Shown here piece by piece: positions 25,501 to 40,500 of a stretch of DNA of 64,000 nucleotides (its first letter is position 1; the number at the start of each line of letters is the position of its first letter). A program made the translations under genes and the position numbers. The notes beneath the pieces were generated by a model. The model made no database searches. It was not told the DNA's origin and worked only from the letters and a program-made list of their open reading frames with translations. The stretch is from Mytilus californianus (lineage: Eukaryota), in NCBI RefSeq assembly GCF_021869535.1, contig NW_026262581.1, positions 105,462,001 through 105,526,000 of the forward strand, written 5' to 3'.

Positions 25501-28500
25501 AGTACATAAAGCTAATAAAATATCAAGGACAAGTAGCCCTACCGACACGAAAATCAGTGACTTAAATGAGGAATTTGAAGTTAAGGAAACTAGAAGACAA
25601 TCATCTTCTGACAAAATTACAACATCAAGACCAACATCAGGTTCAGGAAGCGCATCCAGACCAACAAGTGCGATTAAGAACACTAAAGAAATAAATGGAC
25701 ACGTTGATGAAGAAGTATTTACAGGAACTCGAACACCTCCTGACCACACATCAAGACCTTCGTCAGGGATAAATAAAACATCAAGGCCCACAATTGCAAA
25801 GACGACAACTACACAAATAGACAATGATGTAAAGACTAGTGTTACAGAAGGTCCAATAGTACTAAACAACGAAACAGTATCTAGGCCAACATCAAAATCA
25901 AAAGAATCGTCAAGACCTTCGAGTGCCAAAGACAACGCAGCAGATCTTCTCCCTGCAGATGAAACAGATACATCAAAAACATCTGACACTTTGAATAACA
26001 TAAATGAAGACCAGACAAAAGATCAATCTGATCCAGGCAAAGAAAATGTGACTGGGACAACATCGTCGTCGTCTGGTCCACATTCTAGTCCTTCTTCACG
26101 AATAGAAGCATCTAAGGTAACCACTGCAATCGAAACCAATGATAAAATACCTGGAGATTCTTCACCTACAGGAAAATTGTCACCTGTCAATAATGTATCA
26201 AGTCCAGTACATGAAGCTAATAAAATATCAAGGACAAGTAGCCCTACCGACACGAAAATCAGTGACTTAAATGAGGAATTTGAAGTTAAGGATACTAGAA
26301 GACAATCATCTTCTGACAAAATTACAACATCAAGACCAACATCAGATTCAGGAAGCGCATCCAGACCAACAAGTGCGAGTAAGACCACTAAAGAAATGAA
26401 TGGACACGTTGATGAAGAAGTATTTACAGGTACTCGAACACCTCCTGACCACACATCAAGACCTTTGTCAGGGATAAATAAAACATCAAGGCCCACAAGT
26501 GCAAAGACGACAACCACACAAATAGACAATGATGTAAAGACTAGTGTTACAGAAGGTCCAATAGTAGTAAACAACGAAACAGTATCTAGGCCAACATTAA
26601 AATCAAAGGAATCGTCAAGACCTTCGAGTGCCAAAGACAACGCAGCAGATCTTCTCCCTGCAGATGAAACAGATACATCAAAAACATCTGACACTTTGAA
26701 TAACATGAATGAAGACCAGGCAAAAGATCAATCTGATCCAGGCAAAGAAAATGTGACTAGGACAACATCGTCGTCGTCTGGTGCACATTCTAGACCTTCT
26801 TCAGGAATAGAAGCATCTAAAGTAACCATTGCAATCGAAACAACTGATAAAATACCCGGAGATTCTTCACCTACAGGAAAATTGTTACCTGTCAATAATG
26901 TATCAAGTCCAGTACATGAAGCTAATAAAATATCAAGGACAAGTAGCCCTAGTAACACGAAAATCAGTGACTTAAATGACGAATTTGAAGTTAAGAAAAC
27001 TAGAAGACAATCATCTTCTGACAAAAATAAAACATCAAGACCAACATCAGGCTCAGGAAGCGCAACCAGACCAACAAGTGCGAGTAAGACCATTAAAGAA
27101 ATAAATGGACACGTTGATGAAGTAGTATTTACAGGTACTCGAACACCTCCTAACCACACATCAAGACCTTCGTCAGGGATAAATAAAACATCAAGGCCCA
27201 CAAGTGCAAAGACGACATCCACACAAATAGACAATGATGTAAAGACTAGTGGTACAGAAGGTCCAATAGTAGTAAACAACGAAACAGTATCTAGGCCAAC
27301 ATCAAGATCAAAGGAATCGTCAAGACCTTCGAGTGTCAAAGACAACGCAGTAGATCTTCTCCCTACAGATGAAATAGATACATCAAAAACATCTGACACT
27401 TTGAATAACATGAATGAAGACCAGACAAAAGATCAATCTGATCCAGGGAAAGAAAACGTGACTGGGACAACATCGTCGTCGTCTGGTCCACAATCTAGAC
27501 CTTCTTCAGGAATAGAAGCATCTAAGGTAACTACTGGAATCGAAACCAATGATAAAATACCTGCAGATTCTTCACCTACAGGAAAATTGTCACCTGTCAA
27601 TAATGTATCAAGTCCAGTACATGAAGCTTATAAAATATCAAGGACAAGTAGCCCTACCGACACGAAAATCAGTGACTTAAATGAGGAATTTGAAGTTAAG
27701 GAAACTAGAAGACAATCATCTTCTGACAAAATTACAACATCAAGACCAACATCAGGTTCAGGAAGCGCATCCAGACCAACAAGTGCGATTAAGAACACTA
27801 AAGAAATAAATGGACACGTTGATGAAGAAGTATTTACAGGAACTCGAACACCTCCTGACCACACATCAAGACCTTCGTCAGGGATAAATAAAACATCAAG
27901 GCCCACAAGTGCAAAGACGACAACCACACAAATAGACAATGTTGTAAAGACTAGTGTTACAGAAGGTCCAATAGTACTAAACAACGAAACAGTATCTAGG
28001 CCAACATCAAAATCAAAGGAATCGTCAAGACCTTCGAGTGCCAAAGACAACGCAGCAGATCTTTTCCCTGCAGATGAAACAGATACATCAAAAACATCTG
28101 ACACTTTGAATAACATGAATGAAGACCAGACAAAAGATCAATCTGATCCAGGCAAAGAAAATGTGACTGGGACACCATCTACGTCGTCTGATCCACATTC
28201 TAGACCTTCTTCAGGAATAGAAGCATCTAAGGTAACCACTGCAATCGAAACCAATGATAAAATACCTGGAGATTCTTCACCTACAGGAAAATTGTCACCT
28301 GTCAATAATGTATCAAGTCCAGTACATGAAGCTAATAAAATATCAAGGACAAGTAGCCCTACCGACACGAAAATCAGTGACTTAAATGAGGAATTTGAAG
28401 TTAAGGAAACTATAAGACAATCATCTTCTGACAAAATTAGAACATCAAGACCAACATCAGATTCAGGAAGCGCATCCAGACCAACAAGTGCGATTAAGAA

Positions 28501-31500
28501 CACTAAAGAAATAAATGGACACGCTGATGAAGAAGTATGTACAGGAACTCGAACACCTCCTGACCACACATCAAGACCTTCGTCAGGGATAAATAAAACA
28601 TCAAGGCCCACAAGTGCAAAGACGACAACCACACAAATAGACAATGATGTAAAGACTAGTGTTACAGAAGGTGCAATAGTAGTAAACAACGAAACATTAT
28701 TTAGACCAACATCAAAATCAAAGGAATCGTCAAGACCTTCGAGTGCCAAAGACAACGCAGCAGATATTCTCCCTGCAGATGAAACAGATACATCAAAAAC
28801 ATCTGACACTTTGAATAACATGAATGAAGACCAGACAAAAGATCAATCTGATCCAGGCAAAGAAAATGTGACTGGGACAACATCGTCGTCGTCTGGTCCA
28901 CATTCTAGACCTTCGTCAGGAATAGAAGCATCTAAGGTAACCACTGCAATCGAAACCAATGATAAAATACCTGGAGATTCTTCACCTACAGGAAAATTGT
29001 CACCTGTCAATAATGAATCAAGTCCAGTACATGAAGCTAATAAAATATCAAGGACAAGTAGCCCTACCGACACGAAAATCAGTGACTTAAATGAGGAATT
29101 TGAAGTTAAGGAAACTATAAGACAATCATCTTCTGACAAAATTAGAACATCAAGACCAACATCAGGTTCAGGAAGCGCATCCAGGCCAACAAGTGGAATT
29201 AAGAATACTAAAGAAATAATTCGACACGCTGATGAAGAAGTATTTACAGGAACTCGAACACCTCCTGACCACACATCAAGACCTTCGTCAGGGATAAATA
29301 AAACATCAAGGCCCACAAGTGCAAAGACGACAACCACACAAATAGACCATGATGTAAAGACTAGTGTTACAGAAGGTCCAATAGTAGTAAACAACGAAAC
29401 AGTATCTAGACCAACATCAAAATCAAAGGAATCGTCAAGACCTTCGAGTGTCAAAGACAACGCAGCAGATATTCTCCCTGCAGATGAAACAGATACATCA
29501 AAAACATCTGACACTTTGAATAACATGAATGAAGACCAGACAAAAGATCAATCTGGTCCAGGCAAAGAAAATGTGACTGGGACAACATCTACGTCGTCTG
29601 GTCCACATTCTAGACCTTCTTCAGGAATAGAAGCATCTAAGGTAACCAATGCAATCAAAACTTATGATAAAATACCTGGAGATTCTTCACCTACAGGAAA
29701 ATTGTCACCTGTCAATAATGTATCAAGTCCAGTACATGAAGCTAATAAAATATCAAGGACAAGTAGCCCTACCGACACGAAAATCAGTGACTTAAATGAG
29801 GAATTTCAAGTTAAGGAAACTAGAAGACAATCATCTTCTGACAAAATTACAACATCAAGACCAACATCAGATTCAGGAAGCGCATCCAGACCAACAAGTG
29901 CAAGTAAGACTACTAAAGAAATAAATGGACCCGCAGATGAAGAAGTATTTACAGGTACTCGAACACCTCCTGACCACACATCAAGACCTTCGTCAGGGAT
30001 AAATAAAACATCAAGGCCCACAAGTGCGAAGACGACAACCACACAAATAGACAATGATCTAAAGACTAGTGTTACAGAAGGTCCTATAGTAGAAAACAAC
30101 AAAACAGTATCTAGGCCAACATCAAAATCAAAGGAATCGTCAAGACTTTCGAGTGTCAAAGACAACGCAGCAGATCTTTTCCCTGCAGATGAAACAGATA
30201 CATCAAAAACATCTGACACTTTAAATAACACGAATGAAGACCAGACAAAAGATCAATCTGATCCAGGCAAAGAAAATGTGACTGGGACAACATCGTCGTC
30301 GTCTAGTCCACATTCTAGACCTTCTTCAGGAATAGAAACATCTAAGGTAACCACTGCAATCGAAACCAATGATAAAATACCTGGAGATTCTTCACCTACA
30401 GGAAAATTGTCACCTGTCAATAATGTATCAAGTTCAGTACATGAAGCTAATAAAATATCAAGGACAAGTAGCCCTACCGACACGAAAATCAGTGACTTAA
30501 ATGAGGAATTTGAAGTTAAGGAAACTAGAAGACAATCATCTTCTGACAAAATTAGAACATCAAGACTAACATCAGGTTCAGGTAGTGCATCCAGACCAAC
30601 AAGTGCGATTAAGAACACTAAAGAAATGAATGGACACGCTGATGAAGAAGTATTTACAGGAACTCGAACACCTCCTGACCACACACCAAAACCTTCGTCA
30701 GGGATAAATAAAACATCAAGGCCCACAAGTGCAAAGACGACAACCACACAAATAGACAATGTTGTAAAGACTAGTGTTACAGAAGGTCCAATAGTACTAA
30801 ACAACGAAACAGTATCTAGGCCAACATCAAAATCAAAGGAATCGTCAAGACCTTCGAGTGCCAAATACAACGCAGCAGATCTTCTCCCTGCAGATGAAAC
30901 AGATACATCAAAAACATCTGACACTTTGAATAACATGAATGAAGACCAGACAAAAGATCAATCTGATCCAGGGAAAGAAAATGTGACTGGGACAACATCG
31001 TCGTCGTCTGGTCCACATTCTAGACCTTCTTCAGGAATAGAAGCATCTAAGGTAACCACTGCAATCGAAACCAATGATAAAATACCTGGAGATTCTTCAC
31101 CTACAGGAAAATTGTCACCTGTCATTAATGAATCAAGTCCAGTACATGAAGCTAATAAAATATCAAGGACAAGTAGCCCTACTGACAAGAAAATCAGTGA
31201 CTTAAATGAGGAATTTGAAGTTGAGGAAACTAGAAAACAATCATCTTCTGACAAATTTACAACATCAAGACCAACATCAGGTTCAGGAAGCGCATCCAGA
31301 CCAACAAGTGCGAGTAAGACCATTAAAGTAATAAATGGACACTCTGATGAAGAAGTAATTACAGGTACTCGAACCCCTCCTGGCCACACATCTAGACCTT
31401 CGTCAGGGATAAATAAAACATCAAGGCCCACAAATGCGAAGACGACAACCACACAAATAGACAATGATGTAAAGACTTGTGTTACAGAAGGTCCAATAGT

Positions 31501-34500
31501 ACTAAACAACGAAACACTATCTAGGCCAACATCAAAATCAAAGGAATCGTCAAGACCTTCGAGTGCCAAAGACAACGCAGCAGATCTTTTCCCTGCAGAT
31601 GAAACAGATACATCAAAAACATCTGACACTTTGAATAACATGAATGAAGACCAGACAAAAGATCAATCTGATCCAGGCAAAGAAAATGTGACTGGGACAA
31701 CATCTTCGTCGTCTGGTCCACATTCTAGACCTTCTTCAGGAATAGAAGCATCTAAGGTAACCACTGCAATCGAAACCAATGATAAAATACCTGGAGATTC
31801 TTCACCTACAGGAAAATTGTCACCTGTCAATAATGTATCAAGTCCAGTACATGAAGCTAATAAAATATCAAGGACAAGTAGCCCTACCGACACGAAAATC
31901 AGTGACTTAAATGAGGAATTTGAAGTTAAGGAAACTATAAGACAATCATCTTCTGACAAAATTAGAACATCAAGACCAACATCAGGTTCAGGAAGCGCAT
32001 CCAGACCAACAAGTGCGATTAAGAACACTAAAGAAATAAATGGACACGCTGATGAAGAAGTATTTACAGGAACTCGAACACCTCCTGACCACACATCAAG
32101 ACCTTCGTCAGGGATAAATAAAACATCAAGGCCCACAAGTGCAAAGACGACAACCACACAAATAGACAATGATGTAAAGACTAGTGTTACAGAAGGTGCA
32201 ATAGTAGTAAACAACGAAATATTATCTAGACCAACATCAAAATCAAAGGAATCGTCAAGACCTTCGAGTGCCAAAGACAACGCAGCAGATATTCTCCCTG
32301 CAGATGAAACAGATACATCAAAAACATCTGACACTTTGAATAACATGAATGAAGACCAGACAAAAGATCAATCTGATCCAGGCAAAGAAAATGTGACTGG
32401 GACAACATCGTCGTCGTCTGGTCCACATTCTAGACCTTCGTCAGGAATAGAAGCATCTAAGGTAACCACTGCAATCGAAACCAATGATAAAATAACTGGA
32501 GATTCTTCACCTACAGGAAAATTGTCACCTGTCAATAATGAATCAAGTCCAGTACATGAAGCTAATAAAATATCAAGGACAAGTAGCCCTACTGACAAGA
32601 AAATCAGTGACTTAAATGAGGAATTTGAAGTTGAGGAAACTAGAAAACAATCATCTTCTGACAAATTTACAACATCAAGACCAACATCAGGTTCAGGAAG
32701 CGCATCCAGACCAACAAGTGCGAGTAAGACCATTAAAGTAATAAATGGACACTCTGATGAAGAAGTAATTACAGGTACTCGAACCCCTCCTGGCCACACA
32801 TCTAGACCTTCGTCAGGGATAAATAAAACATCAAGGCCCACAAATGCGAAGACGACAACCACACAAATAGACAATGATGTAAAGACTTGTGTTACAGAAG
32901 GTCCAATAGTACTAAACAACGAAACAGTATCTAGGCCAACATCAAAATCAAAGGAATCGTCAAGACCTTCGAGTGCCAAAGACAACGCAGCAGATCTTCT
33001 CCCTGCAGATGAAACAGATACATCAAAAACATCTGACACTTTGAATAACATGAATGAAGACCAGACAAAAGATCAATCTGATCCAGGGAAAGAAAATGTG
33101 ACTGGGACAACATCGTCGTCGTCTGGTCCACATTCTAGACCTTCTTCAGGAATAGAAGCATCTAAGGTAACCACTGCAATCGAAACCAATGATAAAATAC
33201 CTGGAGATTCTTCACCTACAGGAAAATTGTCACCTGTCATTAATGAATCAAGTCCAGTACATGAAGCTAATAAAATATCAAGGACAAGTAGCCCTACCGA
33301 CACGAAAATCAGTGACTTAAATGAGGAATTTGAAGTTAAGGAAACTATAAGACAATCATCTTCTGACAAAATTAGAACATCAAGACCAACATCAGGTTCA
33401 GGAAGCGCATCCAGACCAACAAGTGCGATTAAGAACACTAAAGAAATAAATGGACACGCTGATGAAGAAGTATTTACAGGAACTCGAACACCTCCTGACC
33501 ACACATCAAGACCTTCGTCAGGGATAAATAAAACATCAAGGCCCACAAGTGCAAAGACGACAACCACACAAATAGACAATGATGTAAAGACTAGTGTTAC
33601 AGAAGGTGCAATAGTAGTAAACAACGAAATATTATCTAGACCAACATCAAAATCAAAGGAATCGTCAAGACCTTCGAGTGCCAAAGACAACGCAGCAGAT
33701 ATTCTCCCTGCAGATGAAACAGATACATCAAAAACATCTGACACTTTGAATAACATGAATGAAGACCAGACAAAAGATCAATCTGATCCAGGCAAAGAAA
33801 ATGTGACTGGGACAACATCGTCGTCGTCTGGTCCACATTCTAGACCTTCGTCAGGAATAGAAGCATCTAAGGTAACCACTGCAATCGAAACCAATGATAA
33901 AATACCTGGAGATTCTTCACCTACAGGAAAATTGTCACCTGTCAATAATGAATCAAGTCCAGTACATGAAGCTAATAAAATATCAAGGACAAGTAGCCCT
34001 ACTGACAAGAAAATCAGTGACTTAAATGAGGAATTTGAAGTTGAGGAAACTAGAAAACAATCATCTTCTGACAAATTTACAACATCAAGACCAACATCAG
34101 GTTCAGGAAGCGCATCCAGACCAACAAGTGCGAGTAAGACCATTAAAGTAATAAATGGACACTCTGATGAAGAAGTAATTACAGGTACTCGAACCCCTCC
34201 TGGCCACACATCTAGACCTTCGTCAGGGATAAATAAAACATCAAGGCCCACAAATGCGAAGACGACAACCACACAAATAGACAATGATGTAAAGACTTGT
34301 GTTACAGAAGGTCCAATAGTACTAAACAACGAAACAGTATCTAGGCCAACATCAAAATCAAAGGAATCGTCAAGACCTTCGAGTGCCAAAGACAACGCAG
34401 CAGATCTTCTCCCTGCAGATGAAACAGATACATCAAAAACATCTGACACTTTGAATAACATGAATGAAGACCAGACAAAAGATCAATCTGATCCAGGGAA

Positions 34501-37500
34501 AGAAAATGTGACTGGGACAACATCGTCGTCGTCTGGTCCACATTCTAGACCTTCTTCAGGAATAGAAGCATCTAAGGTAACCACTGCAATCGAAACCAAT
34601 GATAAAATACCTGGAGATTCTTCACCTACAGGAAAATTGTCACCTGTCATTAATGAATCAAGTCCAGTACATGAAGCTAATAAAATATCAAGGACAAGTA
34701 GCCCTACCGACACGAAAATCAGTGACTTAAATGAGGAATTTGAAGTTAAGGAAACTATAAGACAATCATCTTCTGACAAAATTAGAACATCAAGACCAAC
34801 ATCAGGTTCAGGAAGCGCATCCAGACCAACAAGTGCGATTAAGAACACTAAAGAAATAAATGGACACGCTGATGAAGAAGTATTTACAGGAACTCGAACA
34901 CCTCCTGACCACACATCAAGACCTTCGTCAGGGATAAATAAAACATCAAGGCCCACAAGTGCAAAGACGACAACCACACAAATAGACAATGATGTAAAGA
35001 CTAGTGTTACAGAAGGTGCAATAGTAGTAAACAACGAAACATTATCTAGACCAACATCAAAATCAAAGGAATCGTCAAGACCTTCGAGTGCCAAAGACAA
35101 CGCAGCAGATATTCTCCCTGCAGATGAAACAGATACATCAAAAACATCTGACACTTTGAATAACATGAATGAAGACCAGACAAAAGATCAATCTGATCCA
35201 GGCAAAGAAAATGTGACTGGGACAACATCGTCGTCGTCTGGTCCACATTCTAGACCTTCGTCAGGAATAGAAGCATCTAAGGTAACCACTGCAATCGAAA
35301 CCAATGATAAAATACCTGGAGATTCTTCACCTACAGGAAAATTGTCACCTGTCAATAACGAATCAAGTCCAGTACATGAAGCTAATAAAATATCAAGGAC
35401 AAGTAGCCCTACTGACAAGAAAATCAGTGACTTAAATGAGGAATTTGAAGTTGAGGAAACTAGAAAACAATCATCTTCTGACAAATTTACAACATCAAGA
35501 CCAACATCAGGTTCAGGAAGCGCATCCAGACCAACAAGTGCGAGTAAGACCATTAAAGTAATAAATGGACACTCTGATGAAGAAGTAATTACAGGTACTC
35601 GAACCCCTCCTGGCCACACATCTAGACCTTCGTCAGGGATAAATAAAACATCAAGGCCCACAAATGCGAAGACGACAACCACACAAATAGACAATGATGT
35701 AAAGACTTGTGTTACAGAAGGTCCAATAGTACTAAACAACGAAACAGTATCTAGGCCAACATCAAAATCAAAGGAATCGTCAAGACCTTCGAGTGCCAAA
35801 GACAACGCAGCAGATCTTTTCCCTGCAGATGAAACAGATACATCAAAAACATCTGACACTTTGAATAACATGAATGAAGACCAGACAAAAGATCAATCTG
35901 ATCCAGGCAAAGAAAATGTGACTGGGACAACATCTACGTCGTCTGGTCCACATTCTAGACCTTCTTCAGGAATAGAAGCATCTAAGGTAACCACTGCAAT
36001 CGAAACCAATGATAAAATACCTGGAGATTCTACACCTACAGGAAAATTGTCACCTGTCAATAATGTATCAAGTCCAGTACATGAAGCTAATAAAATATCA
36101 AGGACAAGTAGCCCTACCGACACGAAAATCAGTGACTTAAACGAGGAATTTGAAGTTAAGGAAACTATAAGACAATCATCTTCTGACAAAATTAGAACAT
36201 CAAGACCAACATCAGGTTCAGGAAGCGCATCCAGACCAACAAGTGCGATTAAGAACACTAAAGAAATAAATGGACACGCTGATGAAGAAGTATTTACAGG
36301 AACTCGAACACCTCCTGACCACACATCAAGACCTTCGTCAGGGATAAATAAAACATCAAGGCCCACAAGTGCAAAGACGACAACCACACAAATAGACAAT
36401 GATGTAAAGACTAGTGTTACAGAAGGTGCAATAGTAGTAAACAACGAAACATTATCTAGACCAACATCAAAATCAAAGGAATCGTCAAGACCTTCGAGTG
36501 CCAAAGACAACGCAGCAGATATTCTCCCTGCAGATGAAACAGATACATCAAAAACATCTGACACTTTGAATAACATGAATGAAGACCAGACAAAAGATCA
36601 ATCTGATCCAGGCAAAGAAAATGTGACTGGGACAACATCGTCGTCGTCTGGTCCACATTCTAGACCTTCGTCAGGAATAGAAGCATCTAAGGTAACCACT
36701 GCAATCGAAACCAATGATAAAATACCAAAAGATTCTTCACCTACAGGAAAATTGTCACCTGTCAATAATGAATCAAGTCCAGTACATGAAGCTAATAAAA
36801 TATCAAGGACAAGTAGCCCTACCGACACGAAAATCAGTGACTTAAATGAGGAATTTGAAATTAAGGAAACTATAAGACAATCATCTTCTGACAAAATTAG
36901 AACATCAAGACCAACATCAGGTTCAGGAAGCGCATCCAGGCCAACAAGTGGAATTAAGAATACTAAAGAAATGATTCGACACGCTGATGAAGAAGTATTT
37001 ACAGGAACTCGAACACCTCCTGACCACACATCAAGACCTTCGTCAGGGATAAATAAAACATCAAGGCCCACAAGTGCAAAGACGACAACCACACAAATAG
37101 ACCATGATGTAAAGACTAGTGTTACAGAAGGTCCAATAGTAGTAAACAACGAAACAGTATCTAGACCAACATCAAAATCAAAGGAATCGTCAAGACCTTC
37201 GAGTGTCAAAGACAACGCAGCAGATATTCTCCCTGCAGATGAAACAGATACATCAAAAACATCTGACACTTTGAATAACATGAATGAAGACCAGACAAAA
37301 GATCAATCTGGTCCAGGCAAAGAAAATGTGACTGGGACAACATCTACGTCGTCTGGTCCACATTCTAGACCTTCTTCAGGAATAGAAGCATCTAAGGTAA
37401 CCAATGCAATCGAAACTTATGATAAAATACCTGGAGATTCTTCACCTACAGGAAAATTGTCACCTGTCAATAATGTATCAAGTCCAGTACATGAAGCTAA

Positions 37501-40500
37501 TAAAATATCAAGGACAAGTAGCCCTACCGACACGAAAATCAGTGACTTAAATGAGGAATTTCAAGTTAAGGAAACTAGAAGACAATCATCTTCTGACAAA
37601 ATTACAACATCAAGACCAACATCAGATTCAGGAAGCGCATCCAGACCAACAAGTGCGAGTAAGACTACTAAAGAAATAAATGGACCCGCAGATGAAGAAG
37701 TATTTACAGGTACTCGAACACCTCCTGACCACACATCAAGACCTTCGTCAGGGATAAATAAAACATCAAGGCCCACAAGTGCGAAGACGACAACCACACA
37801 AATAGACAATGATGTAAAGACTAGTGTTACAGAAGGTCCTATAGTAGAAAACAACAAAACAGTATCTAGGCCAACATCAAAATCAAAGGAATCGTCAAGA
37901 CTTTCGAGTGTCAAAGACAACGCAGCAGATCTTTTCCCTGCAGATGAAACAGATACATCAAAAACATCTGACACTTTGAATAACACGAATGAAGACCAGA
38001 CAAAAGATCAATCTGATCCAGGCAAAGAAAATGTGACAGGGACAACATCGTCGTCGTCTAGTCCACATTCTAGACCTTCTTCAGGAATAGAAACATCTAA
38101 GGTAACCACTGCAATCGAAACCAATGATAAAATACCTGGAGATTCTTCACCTACAGGAAAATTGTCACCTGTCAATAATGTATCAAGTTCAGTACATGAA
38201 GCTAATAAAATATCAAGGACAAGTAGCCCTACCGACACGAAAATCAGTGACTTAAATGAGGAATTTGAAGTTAAGGAAACTAGAAGACAATCATCTTCTG
38301 ACAAAATTAGAACATCAAGACCAACATCAGGTTCAGGTAGCGCATCCAGACCAACAAGTGCGATTAAGAACACTAAAGAAATAAATGGACACGCTGATGA
38401 AGAAGTATTTACAGGAACTCGAACACCTACTGACCACACACCAAGACCTTCGTCAGGGATAAATAAAACATCAAGGCCCACAAGTGCAAAGACGACAACC
38501 ACACAAATAGACAATGATGTAAATACTCGTGTTACAGAAGGTCCAATAGTAGTAAACAAAGAAACAGTATCTAGACCAACATCAAAATCAAAGGAATCGT
38601 CAAGACCTTCGAGTGCCAAAGACAACGCAGCAGATCTTTTCCCTGCAGATGAAACAGATACATCAAAAACATCTGACACTTTGAATAACATGAATGAAGA
38701 CCAGACAAAAGATCAATCTGATCCAGGCAAAGAAAATGTGACTGGGACAACATCTACGTCGTCTGGTCCACATTCTAGACCTTCTTCAGGAATAGAAACA
38801 TCTAAGGTAACCACTGCAATCGAAACCAATGATAAAATACCTGCAGATTCTTCACCTACAGGAAAATTGTCACTTGTCAATAATGTATCAAGTCTAGTAC
38901 TTGAAGCTAATAAAATATCAAGGACAAGTAGCCCTACCGACACGAAAATCAGTGACTTAAATGAGGAATTTGAAGTTAAGGAAACTATAAGACAATCATC
39001 TTCTGACAAAATTAGAACATCAAGACCAACATCAGGTTCAGGACGCGCATCCAGACCAACAAGTGCGATTAAGAACACTAAAGAAATAAATGGACACGCT
39101 GATGAAGAAGTATTTACAGGAACTCGAACACCTCCTGACCACACATCAAGACCTTCGTCAGGGATAAATAAAACATCAAGGCCCACAAGTGCAAAGACGA
39201 CAACCACACAAATAGACAATGATGTAAATACTAGTGTTACAGAAGGTGCAATAGTAGTAAACAACGAAACATTATCTAGACCAACATCAAAATCAAAGGA
39301 ATCGTCAAGACCTTCGAGTGCCAAAGACAACGCAGCAGATATTCTCCCTGCAGATGAAACAGATACATCAAAAACATCTGACACTTTGAATAACATGAAT
39401 GAAGACCAGACAAAAGATCAATCTGATCCAGGCAAAGAAAATGTGACTGGGACAACATCGTCGTCGTTTGGTCCACATTCTAGACCTTCGTCAGGAATAG
39501 AAGCATCTAAGGTAACCACTGCAATCGAAACCAATGATAAAATACCTGGAGATTCTTCACCTACAGGAAAATTGTCACCTGTCAATAATGAATCAAGTCC
39601 AGTACATGAAGCTAATAAAATATCAAGGACAAGTAGCCCTACCGACACGAAAATCAGTGACTTAAATGAGGAATTTGAAGTTAAGGAAACTAGAAGACAA
39701 TCATCTTCTGACAAAATTAGAACATCAAGACCAACATCAGGTTCAGGAAGCGCATCCAGGCCAACAAGTGGAATTAAGAATACTAAAGAAATAATTGGAC
39801 ACGCTGATGAAGAAGTATTTACAGGAACTCGAACACCTCCTGACCACACATCAAGACCTTCGTCAGGGATAAATAAAACATCAAGGCCCACAAGTGCAAA
39901 GACGACAACCACACAAATAGACAATGATGTAAAGACTAGTGTTACAGAAGGTCCAATAGTAGTAAACAACGAAACAGTATCTAGACCAACATCAAAATCA
40001 AAGGAATCGTCAAGACCTTCGAGTGTCAAAGACAACGCAGCAGATATTCTCCCTGCAGATGAAACAGATACATCAAAAACATCTGACACTTTGAATAACA
40101 TGAATGAAGACCAGACAAAAGATCAATCTGGTCCAGGCAAAGAAAATGTGACTGGGACAACATCTACGTCGTCTGGTCCACATTCTAGACCTTCTTCTGG
40201 AATAGAAGCATCTAAGGTAACCAATGCAATCGAAACTTATGATAAAATACCTGGAGATTCTTCACCTACAGGAAAATTGTCACCTGTCAATAATGTATCA
40301 AGTCCAGTACATGAAGCTAATAAAATATCAAGGACAAGTAGCCCTACCGACACGAAAATCAGTGACTCAAATGAGGAATTTCAAGTTAAGGAAACTAGAA
40401 GACAATCATCTTCTGACAAAATTACAACATCAAGACCAACATCAGATTCAGGAAGCGCATCCAGACCAACAAGTGCGAGTAAGACCACTAAAGAAATAAT